A stretch of DNA of 20,000 bases from an uncultured virus (IMG/VR IMGVR_UViG_3300030060_001311) (lineage: Duplodnaviria; Heunggongvirae; Uroviricota; Caudoviricetes). Under the pieces are notes generated by a model. It did no database searches, was not told the origin of the DNA, and saw nothing but the letters and a program-made list of their open reading frames with translations. The stretch lies in the IMG/VR virus record IMGVR_UViG_3300030060_001311, positions 47,622 to 67,621 of that record. One strand, given 5' to 3'. Made by a program: the position numbers and the translations under genes. Below, in pieces: positions 1 through 7,060 of this stretch; the stretch's first letter is position 1, and every line of letters begins with the position of its first letter.

Positions 1-34
1 TTGCAGAGGTAGGTGTAGATGTTGCTGTTTGCAT
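1..34 (-). CDS. 5' end of a phage protein running off the window (MQTATSTPTSA...)
   Basis: ATG at 34 is preceded by a strong SD (AGAAAGGAGAAAGAT-ATG) and lies downstream of the promoter at 92-126. The frame is open to the window edge. Confidence 0.7.
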   Translation of the reverse strand, partial: MQTATSTPTSA

Positions 35-62
35 ATCTTTCTCCTTTCTTATGGTTAACAAA

Positions 63-80
63 TTCTAACTTGCGTTAGAA
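63..80 (-). promoter_or_regulatory. 5'-UTR hairpin with GNRA tetraloop (TTCTAAC-GCAA-GTTAGAA)
   Basis: Perfect 7-bp inverted repeat with a GCAA loop on the minus strand, a few nt downstream of the predicted TSS (~85). Confidence 0.55.
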
Positions 81-91
81 CAACTTTTATA

Positions 92-126
92 AGTATGCCT
101 ACGAAATACGCGAAAGTAAAGCACTA
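92..126 (-). promoter_or_regulatory. Phage sigma70-type promoter P1
   Basis: Minus strand reads TAGTGC-TTTACT(-35; 120-115)-17 nt-CATACT(-10; 97-92). The motif is repeated at four other gene boundaries. Confidence 0.8.
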
Positions 127-152
127 TTACGAGCACCGCATAGGCAGACTGT

Positions 153-413
153 TTACAAGCTACGCCAAACGCGGACGCCTGAGATTTCGTCTTCTAAACG
201 ATATCTTATAACAAACTTCCACTCGGGTTCTTGTTTTTTGCCAAAGCCTCTACTGGCTTGAGCTAAACGATTTTTCATTCGCTGTGAGTTATCGTCTGCC
301 CTTAGTGGGAAGAAGATAGAGTCTCCTACTTCCATCTTAGCGAATGGATAGCTTGTCTGCGAACGTTGGTCCTCAGGTAGAGGAATACCTTTTTCTATAA
401 TAGGTTCATCCAT
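153..413 (-). CDS. Conserved small phage protein (IEKGIPLP...YPFxxMEVGDS...RVWR family), possibly DNA-binding
   Basis: 86-aa ORF with a recognisable widespread phage motif. TAATG coupling to the upstream ORF. Confidence 0.8.
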   Translation of the reverse strand: MDEPIIEKGIPLPEDQRSQTSYPFAKMEVGDSIFFPLRADDNSQRMKNRLAQASRGFGKKQEPEWKFVIRYRLEDEISGVRVWRSL

Positions 414-652
414 TAATGTATCTCCTTTTTAGGTTCAGAAAACTTGACTAGATTTTTTTCTTCTAAATAGTTTTTCCAGAACATTAAAATTAACGATTGA
501 TCAGTAATGCCGTGTAGTTCTTCACAGCCTTGAGCGATCATGGTATCACGTATAACGGAAGCCAACTCATCGTTGGCTCCCTCAAACAGTGCTGACCAGA
601 CCATGGCTAAAACTTCACCATCAACTAAATATGATTTAGGGTCTTTCGGCAT
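413..652 (-). CDS. Hypothetical phage protein
   Basis: 79-aa ORF with 1-nt stop/start overlaps on both sides. Confidence 0.75.
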   Translation of the reverse strand: MPKDPKSYLVDGEVLAMVWSALFEGANDELASVIRDTMIAQGCEELHGITDQSLILMFWKNYLEEKNLVKFSEPKKEIH

Positions 653-1686
653 TATGCAACCTCTGCGTATTTTATAGCTAAGTCTAGAGCTTTGGCTTTA
701 CGATTAGCCGCAGCACCAAACCATGAACTATGTAGAGCATTGCCTTCGGTTACAGACTCACGTAAATGGTCTTCAACGTAGGTGACAGCATTTAATGCTC
801 CCCACCACGTACCTTTGGCAGACTTCAGGTTTGCACCTGGAGACTGTTCTAGTGCATCAACAGCTAGAAGCGGAAACTTGTTAAATTTCTCAACAAGAGG
901 TTCTTGCATACCTATCAACTTACCTTCAGCTTTGAGCTGTTGGTCATGTCTATAAGCGGCGATCATATCAGGTTGATAAATATCACCAACAAACTCAAGA
1001 AACTGAGAATGTTTAGCTTTCTTCTTAGATAGTAAGTTTGCAGCTTCTCTAAACTCTGTCATACGCTCAGCAGATAGCCCTAGAGCTTCTTCTGCGATCT
1101 GTATAACATCGTCATCGAATGCTTTAACGTGTGGCATACGGAAAGACGCTGTCCCGCCATGTTGTAAAGCCATGGTTAAAGTGTTGTTGCAAACAACTCG
1201 AATAGGTGTCAACTTAATAGTCATTGCTCGACCAACGATATGTGGTTGGTTGATAAGCAAATAACCTTTAATAAGGTCGTCACCCGCTAGTTCGAAGTCT
1301 TCTGAGATTTTAGCTAAACCCCAAATTTCTCCACCATCTTTTAAACTACCTGCGGTTTCCATGGTCATATGACCAGCATCCGTAAAGCGTTTAAAGAATT
1401 TGAATACGTCTTCATTTTGTATAGGGACATAGTCTCTACCACAATGCGATAGTATTCGGTTATCGCTATCTCGAACAACGTGGAAGGTATTTTCCGCTTG
1501 GATAAGACCAACATCGTCATTCCACTCAGGAGCGTCTATAGTATAACTAGGACGTTTGCTAACTGTCCAGTCTAACTGAGCCGCTTTCTGCATTTCCGAT
1601 GGTTTTAGATTCGAATCTACTTCGACACCTAATCCGTGCCAAGGTACATCACCTGTCCAAGCCATCGTTTCTACTTGGTGTGCCAT
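652..1686 (-). CDS. DUF932 / TIGR03299-like phage-plasmid protein
   Basis: Motifs MAHQVETMAW...PWHGLG, Y.PIQN, METAGSL.GG, TPIRVVCNNTL and GTWWGALNAVT.Y.DH. The start was moved from 1710 to ATG 1686 because of the AGAAAGGAG SD. Confidence 0.88.
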   Translation of the reverse strand: MAHQVETMAWTGDVPWHGLGVEVDSNLKPSEMQKAAQLDWTVSKRPSYTIDAPEWNDDVGLIQAENTFHVVRDSDNRILSHCGRDYVPIQNEDVFKFFKRFTDAGHMTMETAGSLKDGGEIWGLAKISEDFELAGDDLIKGYLLINQPHIVGRAMTIKLTPIRVVCNNTLTMALQHGGTASFRMPHVKAFDDDVIQIAEEALGLSAERMTEFREAANLLSKKKAKHSQFLEFVGDIYQPDMIAAYRHDQQLKAEGKLIGMQEPLVEKFNKFPLLAVDALEQSPGANLKSAKGTWWGALNAVTYVEDHLRESVTEGNALHSSWFGAAANRKAKALDLAIKYAEVA

Positions 1687-1752
1687 AATTTTCTCCTTTC
1701 TAATGTGCATGGCTGCACTGGTTAATCACGTAGCCTATTAGCTACCTTTATC

Positions 1753-1787
1753 ATTATAGGTACGAAAACTACGAAAGTAAAGCACTA
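1753..1787 (-). promoter_or_regulatory. Phage sigma70-type promoter P2
   Basis: TAGTGC-TTTACT(1781-1776)-17 nt-TATAAT(1758-1753). It overlaps the last codons of the resolvase gene. Confidence 0.85.
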
Positions 1788-2158
1788 GTAAGAGCGTCCC
1801 AATCGTAAGGAATCGTAAGAGTCACAAGAGCTTTTGATTTATATCCAGTTTTTACGAGGTCTTGAATACCTGTAAGACTGTCGATATGGTAGAGCTTAAT
1901 CTCATCGTTTTTACGAGCCATAACGAAAACTTGACCACCAAACGATGCACGTTTCGCTAACCATGATATTTGCATTGGTCGTAGAGTAAGAGTATTACCT
2001 GAATGTATTTCTTTGAGCTCGATCCAAAACTCTTTACCTTTAGCACACCCGTTGATGTCAGGAACACCTGCTCCTGTCATACCTGTTTCAATTCTTTGTA
2101 AATGTATATTAGGTAGGTTTGACCTTAACAAGAGCCAAAGATTTTTTTCTTTTGCCAT
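1769..2158 (-). CDS. VRR-NUC-like PD-(D/E)xK nuclease / Holliday junction resolvase
   Basis: N-terminal Glu, RIE...GVPD..G...WIELK catalytic pattern, and LRPxQ..W motif. Confidence 0.85.
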   Translation of the reverse strand: MAKEKNLWLLLRSNLPNIHLQRIETGMTGAGVPDINGCAKGKEFWIELKEIHSGNTLTLRPMQISWLAKRASFGGQVFVMARKNDEIKLYHIDSLTGIQDLVKTGYKSKALVTLTIPYDWDALTSALLS

Positions 2159-2795
2159 AATATGTTTTTGTTAAAACACTCCACTTTCTTTCACGCCACC
2201 ATCTATTTTTACGATGTCTATTTAAATTATGTCTTCTATGCCACCAAGTATTCGGATCCATTCTTAATTTATGTGCTAACGGATCTGGTTTGTACTGAGA
2301 GCCGTCTGCATATTTTGCTGGTGTTTGTTCTTCGCGTAATACACGTTCGAGCCACTCCATATCTTCTTCTACATAAGGCTCATCGGTCGCCAAATATTCT
2401 ATATGGTTTAAAACATCATTATCTATAACCGCTTCATCGTAAGAACATTGACACCATATTTGATAATGGTTATATCCACTGGTAGAAGTAGAATTTTTTC
2501 TTTTACCCGAGCCATAAGTTGACATAGGGTCTTTATGGTCTTCATATATTTTTTGTTGTCTACATTCTTTAGAACAATAATTTAATAATCCTGATTGACT
2601 TTTAAAAAACTCAACTGAACAATTTACACAAGATCGAGGAGCTTCTACGGGTGCTCGTTTACCTTCGGCGTTATGAAACGTATCGGAACATTTTTTACTA
2701 CAAAACTTTCGTCTTTGTCCGTATAAAGGGTTTGAACATACCTTACAATTTCCATTGGTTTGTATTGATATTACTGTAGCACTTGTTAAAAACAT
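2109..2795 (-). CDS. Cys-rich zinc-finger protein with basic C-terminus
   Basis: Two CxxC-x11/13-CSxxC units (CKVC...FCSKKC; CVNC...YCSKEC) and an Arg/Trp-rich tail. It overlaps the resolvase start by 50 nt. Confidence 0.7.
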   Translation of the reverse strand: MFLTSATVISIQTNGNCKVCSNPLYGQRRKFCSKKCSDTFHNAEGKRAPVEAPRSCVNCSVEFFKSQSGLLNYCSKECRQQKIYEDHKDPMSTYGSGKRKNSTSTSGYNHYQIWCQCSYDEAVIDNDVLNHIEYLATDEPYVEEDMEWLERVLREEQTPAKYADGSQYKPDPLAHKLRMDPNTWWHRRHNLNRHRKNRWWRERKWSVLTKTYYGKRKKSLALVKVKPT

Positions 2796-2801
2796 ACCTT
2801 A

Positions 2802-2835
2802 AATATAAAAGGCATTTTTAACAAAGTAAAGCACT
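2802..2835 (-). promoter_or_regulatory. Phage sigma70-type promoter P3 (probably leaderless transcript)
   Basis: AGTGC-TTTACT(2830-2825)-17 nt-TATATT(2807-2802). ATG 2795 is only 6 nt past the -10 box. Confidence 0.75.
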
Positions 2836-2838
2836 CCT

Positions 2839-3183
2839 CTAGGCTGACCAGTCCCAACCAGTATGAGGAGCAGTTTTTTGATTATCTTTAGCAATTTTTA
2901 TATCGCGTTCTTTTAACCACTCATCGAAAGCGTCTCTAGTTTGATCTATATCACCATGCATTGTTTTTAATTCAGACCATACACTACGAGCCACTTGAGT
3001 TCCATAGTAATAATCTCCGTCACCAAGTTTACAACGTGTAATAATTTGCCATACTCGTTGTTTTGTTAAATTGTAATCCTTGCCTAGTTGTTCTAAGGTA
3101 GTAGAGTCAGTAGACCATTGTTCGTACATCTTTCTATACCTAATCGAGTTTTCTTTAGCTTTTTCTTGTGAGATACCTTTCAT
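2839..3183 (-). CDS. HTH DNA-binding protein resembling sigma70 region 4.2
   Basis: TLEQLGKDYNLTKQRVWQI resembles the sigma 4.2 pattern TLEEVG..F.VTRERIRQI. The start at ATG 3183 is favoured by its ATGA overlap with the polymerase stop. Confidence 0.7.
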   Translation of the reverse strand: MKGISQEKAKENSIRYRKMYEQWSTDSTTLEQLGKDYNLTKQRVWQIITRCKLGDGDYYYGTQVARSVWSELKTMHGDIDQTRDAFDEWLKERDIKIAKDNQKTAPHTGWDWSA

Positions 3184-5045
3184 TTTATTTCCTTTGTTTC
3201 GCCCCATGAACTACCAAGTTCCTTATCCACTAGCAGGGGTACTGCAAGTTCTACACAAGTTTCCATTATTTCTGTAATCTTGTTAGCTTGTTCAGTGTTC
3301 TCTACTGAGATATCAACCTCATCGTGGACTTGTAGGTGAGGAACAATTCCTTCCTCCCACAGACCGAGCATAGCTAACTTCGTCATGTCAGCAGCCGATC
3401 CTTGAATCAATCGATTCAGAGCCTTATATGTATATGATCTTTTTAAATTATCACCGTATTTTTCTTGTGCTTCTTCGTACGGTAGAGGTAGAGTTCGTTC
3501 ATATCTATCTTCCCATAGATTAAACCTACAACGCCTACCTGCAAACGTTCGTATATAGCCACGTTCCATGGCTACCCTTGCACACTGATCTTGTAACCCT
3601 CTTATAAAAGGAACTTTATCATGATACTGCTGAAATAAAATCTCAGCTTCTGTATCATCTATACCTAGTTCATTAATAAGTTTTTCTTTTCCCATTCCAT
3701 AACTAAGTCCTAAATTAATCGTCTTAGCTTGTTTACGCGGTATGTTAGCCATATCTGCAACGATCTGGTGAAAGTCCGCATTCTTTTCTGTGTACTCCTT
3801 CACAGCATCTTTAGCTCCTGTTAAGTTCATTCGATCAGCATAATGAACTGTAAGTCTAGGTTCTTGTTGTGAATAATCGAACACACCCCACTGACAACCG
3901 TCCTCTGGGATAAACAAAGAGCGTATTAAATTACCGATCTCTGGATCTCTTGCAGGAACTTGTTGTAGATTAGGATTGCTATAACTAAATCGACCACTAA
4001 CCGTGCCTCCACGATCGTTACGCATAGCATGAGCCTCTGCATGTATACGACCATTGAAACAATGTTCTTTAATCATTTTATCAATAAATGTAGTTCTAGC
4101 TTTATTAAGTTTCCTTGCTCGAACAATAAGTTGTGGTAACTCGTGTTCGTGTCCTTCTAACCAGTCTTTTTGAAAACTAGCCATACCTTTTGCAGTTCTA
4201 GGAAACCATATATTGTTCTTTTCGAAAATATCTTGTAACGATGCATTAGCCCATAGATTAACTTCTGCACCATATTTACGTTTTATCTCGACCTGTAGCT
4301 TTTGTTCTTCTAATGATAACTTTTTACTAACATCATCAGCTTTTTGTTCATCAATACGAACACCTCGCCGCCGCATTTCTAATAGTAGAGGAATAAGTCG
4401 GCATTCCATGTCGAGTATTTTTTCTAACCCTTGTTCTTGAACTTCGATCTTTAATTTTTGCCAAAGTTTTAGAGTTAGTGCTGCATCTTGTTCACCATAA
4501 GGTCCAACGAACTTAGAAGGTAGTTTATACATTTCTGATTTAGGATTTACCCCAAACGATAAAGCAGCATTTTGTAATAACGATTCATCTTTCTTTTCGT
4601 TACAGTAAAACTCACCGAGGTTATCTAAAGAATAAGAATACCTATTCTCGTTTACTAAGGGAGCCGCTACGATCGTATCTAAAATTTTACCACCTACGTC
4701 TACTCCTTCTTTACGGAGCCACCCTACGTCGTATAAGGCGTTATGAAATATAACGTCTCGTTTTTCCGATGCTAGAGTGTTGCGTAACCAACGTAATACA
4801 ATATCTTCATCAAGATTACCTCCGCCTTGATGACGGATTGGGAAGTAACCTTTCCACCCTTCTGTCGCAACACCAACACCCACGATATGTCCACGACCTG
4901 TAGCCCATCCTGGACCACAAGTCATAAGATGTGGATCGTAAGTTTCTAAGTCTACAGCTATTGTTTCTGTCTCAGAAAACTGAGGAAAAACTTCTGGAAT
5001 AGACCAGTCACTTGTTGGAGCAAACATAGGGTTTTGTAAAATCAC
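3180..5045 (-). CDS. polA: Family A DNA polymerase with 3'-5' exonuclease domain, no 5'-3' exonuclease
   Basis: ExoI DLET, ExoII HNALYD, ExoIII YGEQDA, GRFSYSNPNLQQVP, motif A DYSQQEPR, motif B RKQAKTINLGLSYG, motif C QVHDE. Confidence 0.97.
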   Translation of the reverse strand: MILQNPMFAPTSDWSIPEVFPQFSETETIAVDLETYDPHLMTCGPGWATGRGHIVGVGVATEGWKGYFPIRHQGGGNLDEDIVLRWLRNTLASEKRDVIFHNALYDVGWLRKEGVDVGGKILDTIVAAPLVNENRYSYSLDNLGEFYCNEKKDESLLQNAALSFGVNPKSEMYKLPSKFVGPYGEQDAALTLKLWQKLKIEVQEQGLEKILDMECRLIPLLLEMRRRGVRIDEQKADDVSKKLSLEEQKLQVEIKRKYGAEVNLWANASLQDIFEKNNIWFPRTAKGMASFQKDWLEGHEHELPQLIVRARKLNKARTTFIDKMIKEHCFNGRIHAEAHAMRNDRGGTVSGRFSYSNPNLQQVPARDPEIGNLIRSLFIPEDGCQWGVFDYSQQEPRLTVHYADRMNLTGAKDAVKEYTEKNADFHQIVADMANIPRKQAKTINLGLSYGMGKEKLINELGIDDTEAEILFQQYHDKVPFIRGLQDQCARVAMERGYIRTFAGRRCRFNLWEDRYERTLPLPYEEAQEKYGDNLKRSYTYKALNRLIQGSAADMTKLAMLGLWEEGIVPHLQVHDEVDISVENTEQANKITEIMETCVELAVPLLVDKELGSSWGETKEIK

Positions 5046-5398
5046 TTTTTCTTGCTATAAGTAATTACCTTAGTTTTCTTTGCTGTTGGCTTTTTAGCTT
5101 TTGCCTTTTTTGTAGGTGCTTTACCGCCTTCCCAAGCTTCGTTAATATCTGGAGTAGATTTATCGTCTGCGACATATCTACCCTTTTTAGTCCTTGCTCG
5201 TTTAGGTGCTTTTTTAGATACTTCATAAAGTTTTTTAACTTCGAGTTCTTTATCAAACTTTTCTAAAACAACTTCAGCATCTTTAATTGCTTTTTCTAGA
5301 ACTTCTTCCTTTACAGCTTTCTTAGGTTGTAGTTCTTCCTTTGGTAACGGTGTAAAAAATTTAAGAACTTTTTTCCACCAACTATCTACCTTACTCAT
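5042..5398 (-). CDS. Lys-rich basic protein with histone-H1-like tail
   Basis: Contains KRARTKKGRYVADDKSTPDINEAW and a KAPTKKAKAKKPTAKKTK tail. Coupled to both neighbours. Confidence 0.75.
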   Translation of the reverse strand: MSKVDSWWKKVLKFFTPLPKEELQPKKAVKEEVLEKAIKDAEVVLEKFDKELEVKKLYEVSKKAPKRARTKKGRYVADDKSTPDINEAWEGGKAPTKKAKAKKPTAKKTKVITYSKKK

Positions 5399-5754
5399 TA
5401 ATAATCCTCCTTGCCGTCTTCAGCAGCATAATTAACATCTTCAGCTTCAACATAAGTTTCACTGACCTCATTAGTATTAGCTAAAATATATTCTTCAACT
5501 AATAATAAATATCTACGTAAGTCTCGAATATCATCGAGTAGACCTGCCTCACCTTTGTAGACCTCACCTGCTTCGAAAACATCCCACCCGTGCTTTTCAG
5601 ACTGGTGTTCTATACGATCGAACTTACGTGCCAACATCATAAAAGCACCTACACCTCCACGACGTCTCCAAGAATCACCGTACGAAGTCTCTGCTCGTTT
5701 AAGAGCTTCAAGATCGTTTTGGGCAACTTCTTTCATATTTTCCCATTTGCTCAT
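5398..5754 (-). CDS. Nmad1/DUF1599-like (MazG-like all-alpha) nucleotide-modification-associated protein, putative NTP pyrophosphatase
   Basis: K....YGDSW...G...F....RKFDR...DDIRDLRRY pattern. Directly downstream of the TS homologue. Confidence 0.7.
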   Translation of the reverse strand: MSKWENMKEVAQNDLEALKRAETSYGDSWRRRGGVGAFMMLARKFDRIEHQSEKHGWDVFEAGEVYKGEAGLLDDIRDLRRYLLLVEEYILANTNEVSETYVEAEDVNYAAEDGKEDY

Positions 5755-6842
5755 TTATTTTCTCCTATTTCCGCATTGTTTAAAGTATAGGCAGTGTCTC
5801 TTTTGCGGATCCAATCAAAACAAGCCTCCATCCAGTCGCGAGATTTTATTTTTTGAACCTCTCGATAAGAATTTAAATAATCTTTTTGTTTATGATAATA
5901 AAAAGCTTTAACCATAGGAATAGCTACATTTGGAAAAATATTGTTTCTCCAGTCAATATCATCGGTTTTTTCTATAATTTGTTTTGAGTCATACCTAAAA
6001 GAATCGAAGTAATCAAAAAAGAATCTAACTTCTCTATTAAAAGAATCAATATCATCAACAATAGGTACAGGTTCATACTCATCTACCAGATCATAATGAT
6101 TTTTTATATATTTATAAGTATAAACATTTAATTCAAGGTCTTTAACTTTTTTCCATACAGGAGTATTAGGATAGATATGAAAACTATCGCTAATTTGAGT
6201 ATAGTCTCCCATCGGTAGATTTAGATTAGTAGCAATAAATTCTTGTAACATAGACATATGTACAACGTTTGCACCATAAGCCCCCCAAAGCATATCATTA
6301 GAACGATTACAAACAGTCATACATAGTTTGCCATCACGTACCTTAAAATAAATATTCGTATTACAAGGCACATCTTTTCTTTCAATCTTTTTATTACATG
6401 TTCTTGCTAAATCGTCTTTCGGATCCCACATCTGTAAAACTGCTCGTCTTTCATAAGGATTATCTTTTAATAACCCAATAATTGCATCGATCTGATCTTT
6501 ATTCCAATAACTTCTCCATCGCCAACCGTAAGCCCCCCATAAAGTTTTGCCATCGTCTGAAAAATCTTCCATAGATTTAACAAAATAGGTTAGTGGTTCT
6601 AGGTCGTTACGACCATCGAGCATCCATAGCCCCTCTATAAAATGAAAAAACGGATTAGCATCTCGTTGTTTGATTAAACAAACTCTTTCCCAAGGTTTTT
6701 TATAAATCGTAGTTACTGGTGTATTAGCTTCATAAGTTACACCATTGCGGCTTTCTTGTACCCTGTATTCGGTAGGGTCTTGAAATAAATCGATACCTCT
6801 TTCTAACGCGTCGTTTACGTTTCTTACATTAATTACTTTCAT
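5751..6842 (-). CDS. Thymidylate-synthase-fold enzyme, dUMP hydroxymethylase type
   Basis: SRNG, ANPFFHFIEGLWMLDGRND, GAYGWRW, DQI, RRAVLQMWDP, catalytic DVPCN and NRSNDMLWGAYGAN. Asn at the E. coli N177-equivalent position indicates a dUMP rather than dCMP substrate. There is a C-terminal helical extension. Confidence 0.85.
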   Translation of the reverse strand: MKVINVRNVNDALERGIDLFQDPTEYRVQESRNGVTYEANTPVTTIYKKPWERVCLIKQRDANPFFHFIEGLWMLDGRNDLEPLTYFVKSMEDFSDDGKTLWGAYGWRWRSYWNKDQIDAIIGLLKDNPYERRAVLQMWDPKDDLARTCNKKIERKDVPCNTNIYFKVRDGKLCMTVCNRSNDMLWGAYGANVVHMSMLQEFIATNLNLPMGDYTQISDSFHIYPNTPVWKKVKDLELNVYTYKYIKNHYDLVDEYEPVPIVDDIDSFNREVRFFFDYFDSFRYDSKQIIEKTDDIDWRNNIFPNVAIPMVKAFYYHKQKDYLNSYREVQKIKSRDWMEACFDWIRKRDTAYTLNNAEIGENK

Positions 6843-7060
6843 AAAGTATCTTGATAGCCTCCTACAATTTCGCTAATAACATAACGTATATCGTCATGAC
6901 TTAACATCGGAAGTTTTCTTTTTATAAAAGCTATTGCAATTCGTTCATCTGCGGCTACTTTTAAAAAGAACGAAACTTCTAAAAACTGTGTGTAATGTAT
7001 ATCTATTACATCACCATACTCTTCTAATAACGTTATCGCTCTATCGCTCATTCTACCCAT
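6839..7060 (-). CDS. Hypothetical protein within the modification operon
   Basis: 73-aa ORF with a GGAG SD that overlaps both neighbours. Confidence 0.7.
   Translation of the reverse strand: MGRMSDRAITLLEEYGDVIDIHYTQFLEVSFFLKVAADERIAIAFIKRKLPMLSHDDIRYVISEIVGGYQDTL

Noticed and set aside
2162..2428. Plus-strand 88-aa ORF
   Set aside because: Antisense shadow of the Zn-finger gene, with no SD or recognisable motif.
3080..4440. Plus-strand ORFs 3080-3277 and 4213-4440
   Set aside because: Antisense to PolA/HTH, with composition typical of shadow frames.
3180..5045. Intein, intron or DnaJ-like insertion in PolA
   Set aside because: The 621-aa length and contiguous motifs leave no room, and no CxxCxGxG repeats or splice-junction motifs are seen.
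5065..5256. Alternative-frame 63-aa ORF inside the Lys-rich gene
   Set aside because: Fully nested with no SD. The 118-aa frame has the coupled start and stop.
5751..6842. Ordinary thyA or T4-like dCMP hydroxymethylase
   Set aside because: The motifs diverge from ThyA, the specificity residue is Asn rather than Asp, and the neighbours are hmdU-pathway families.
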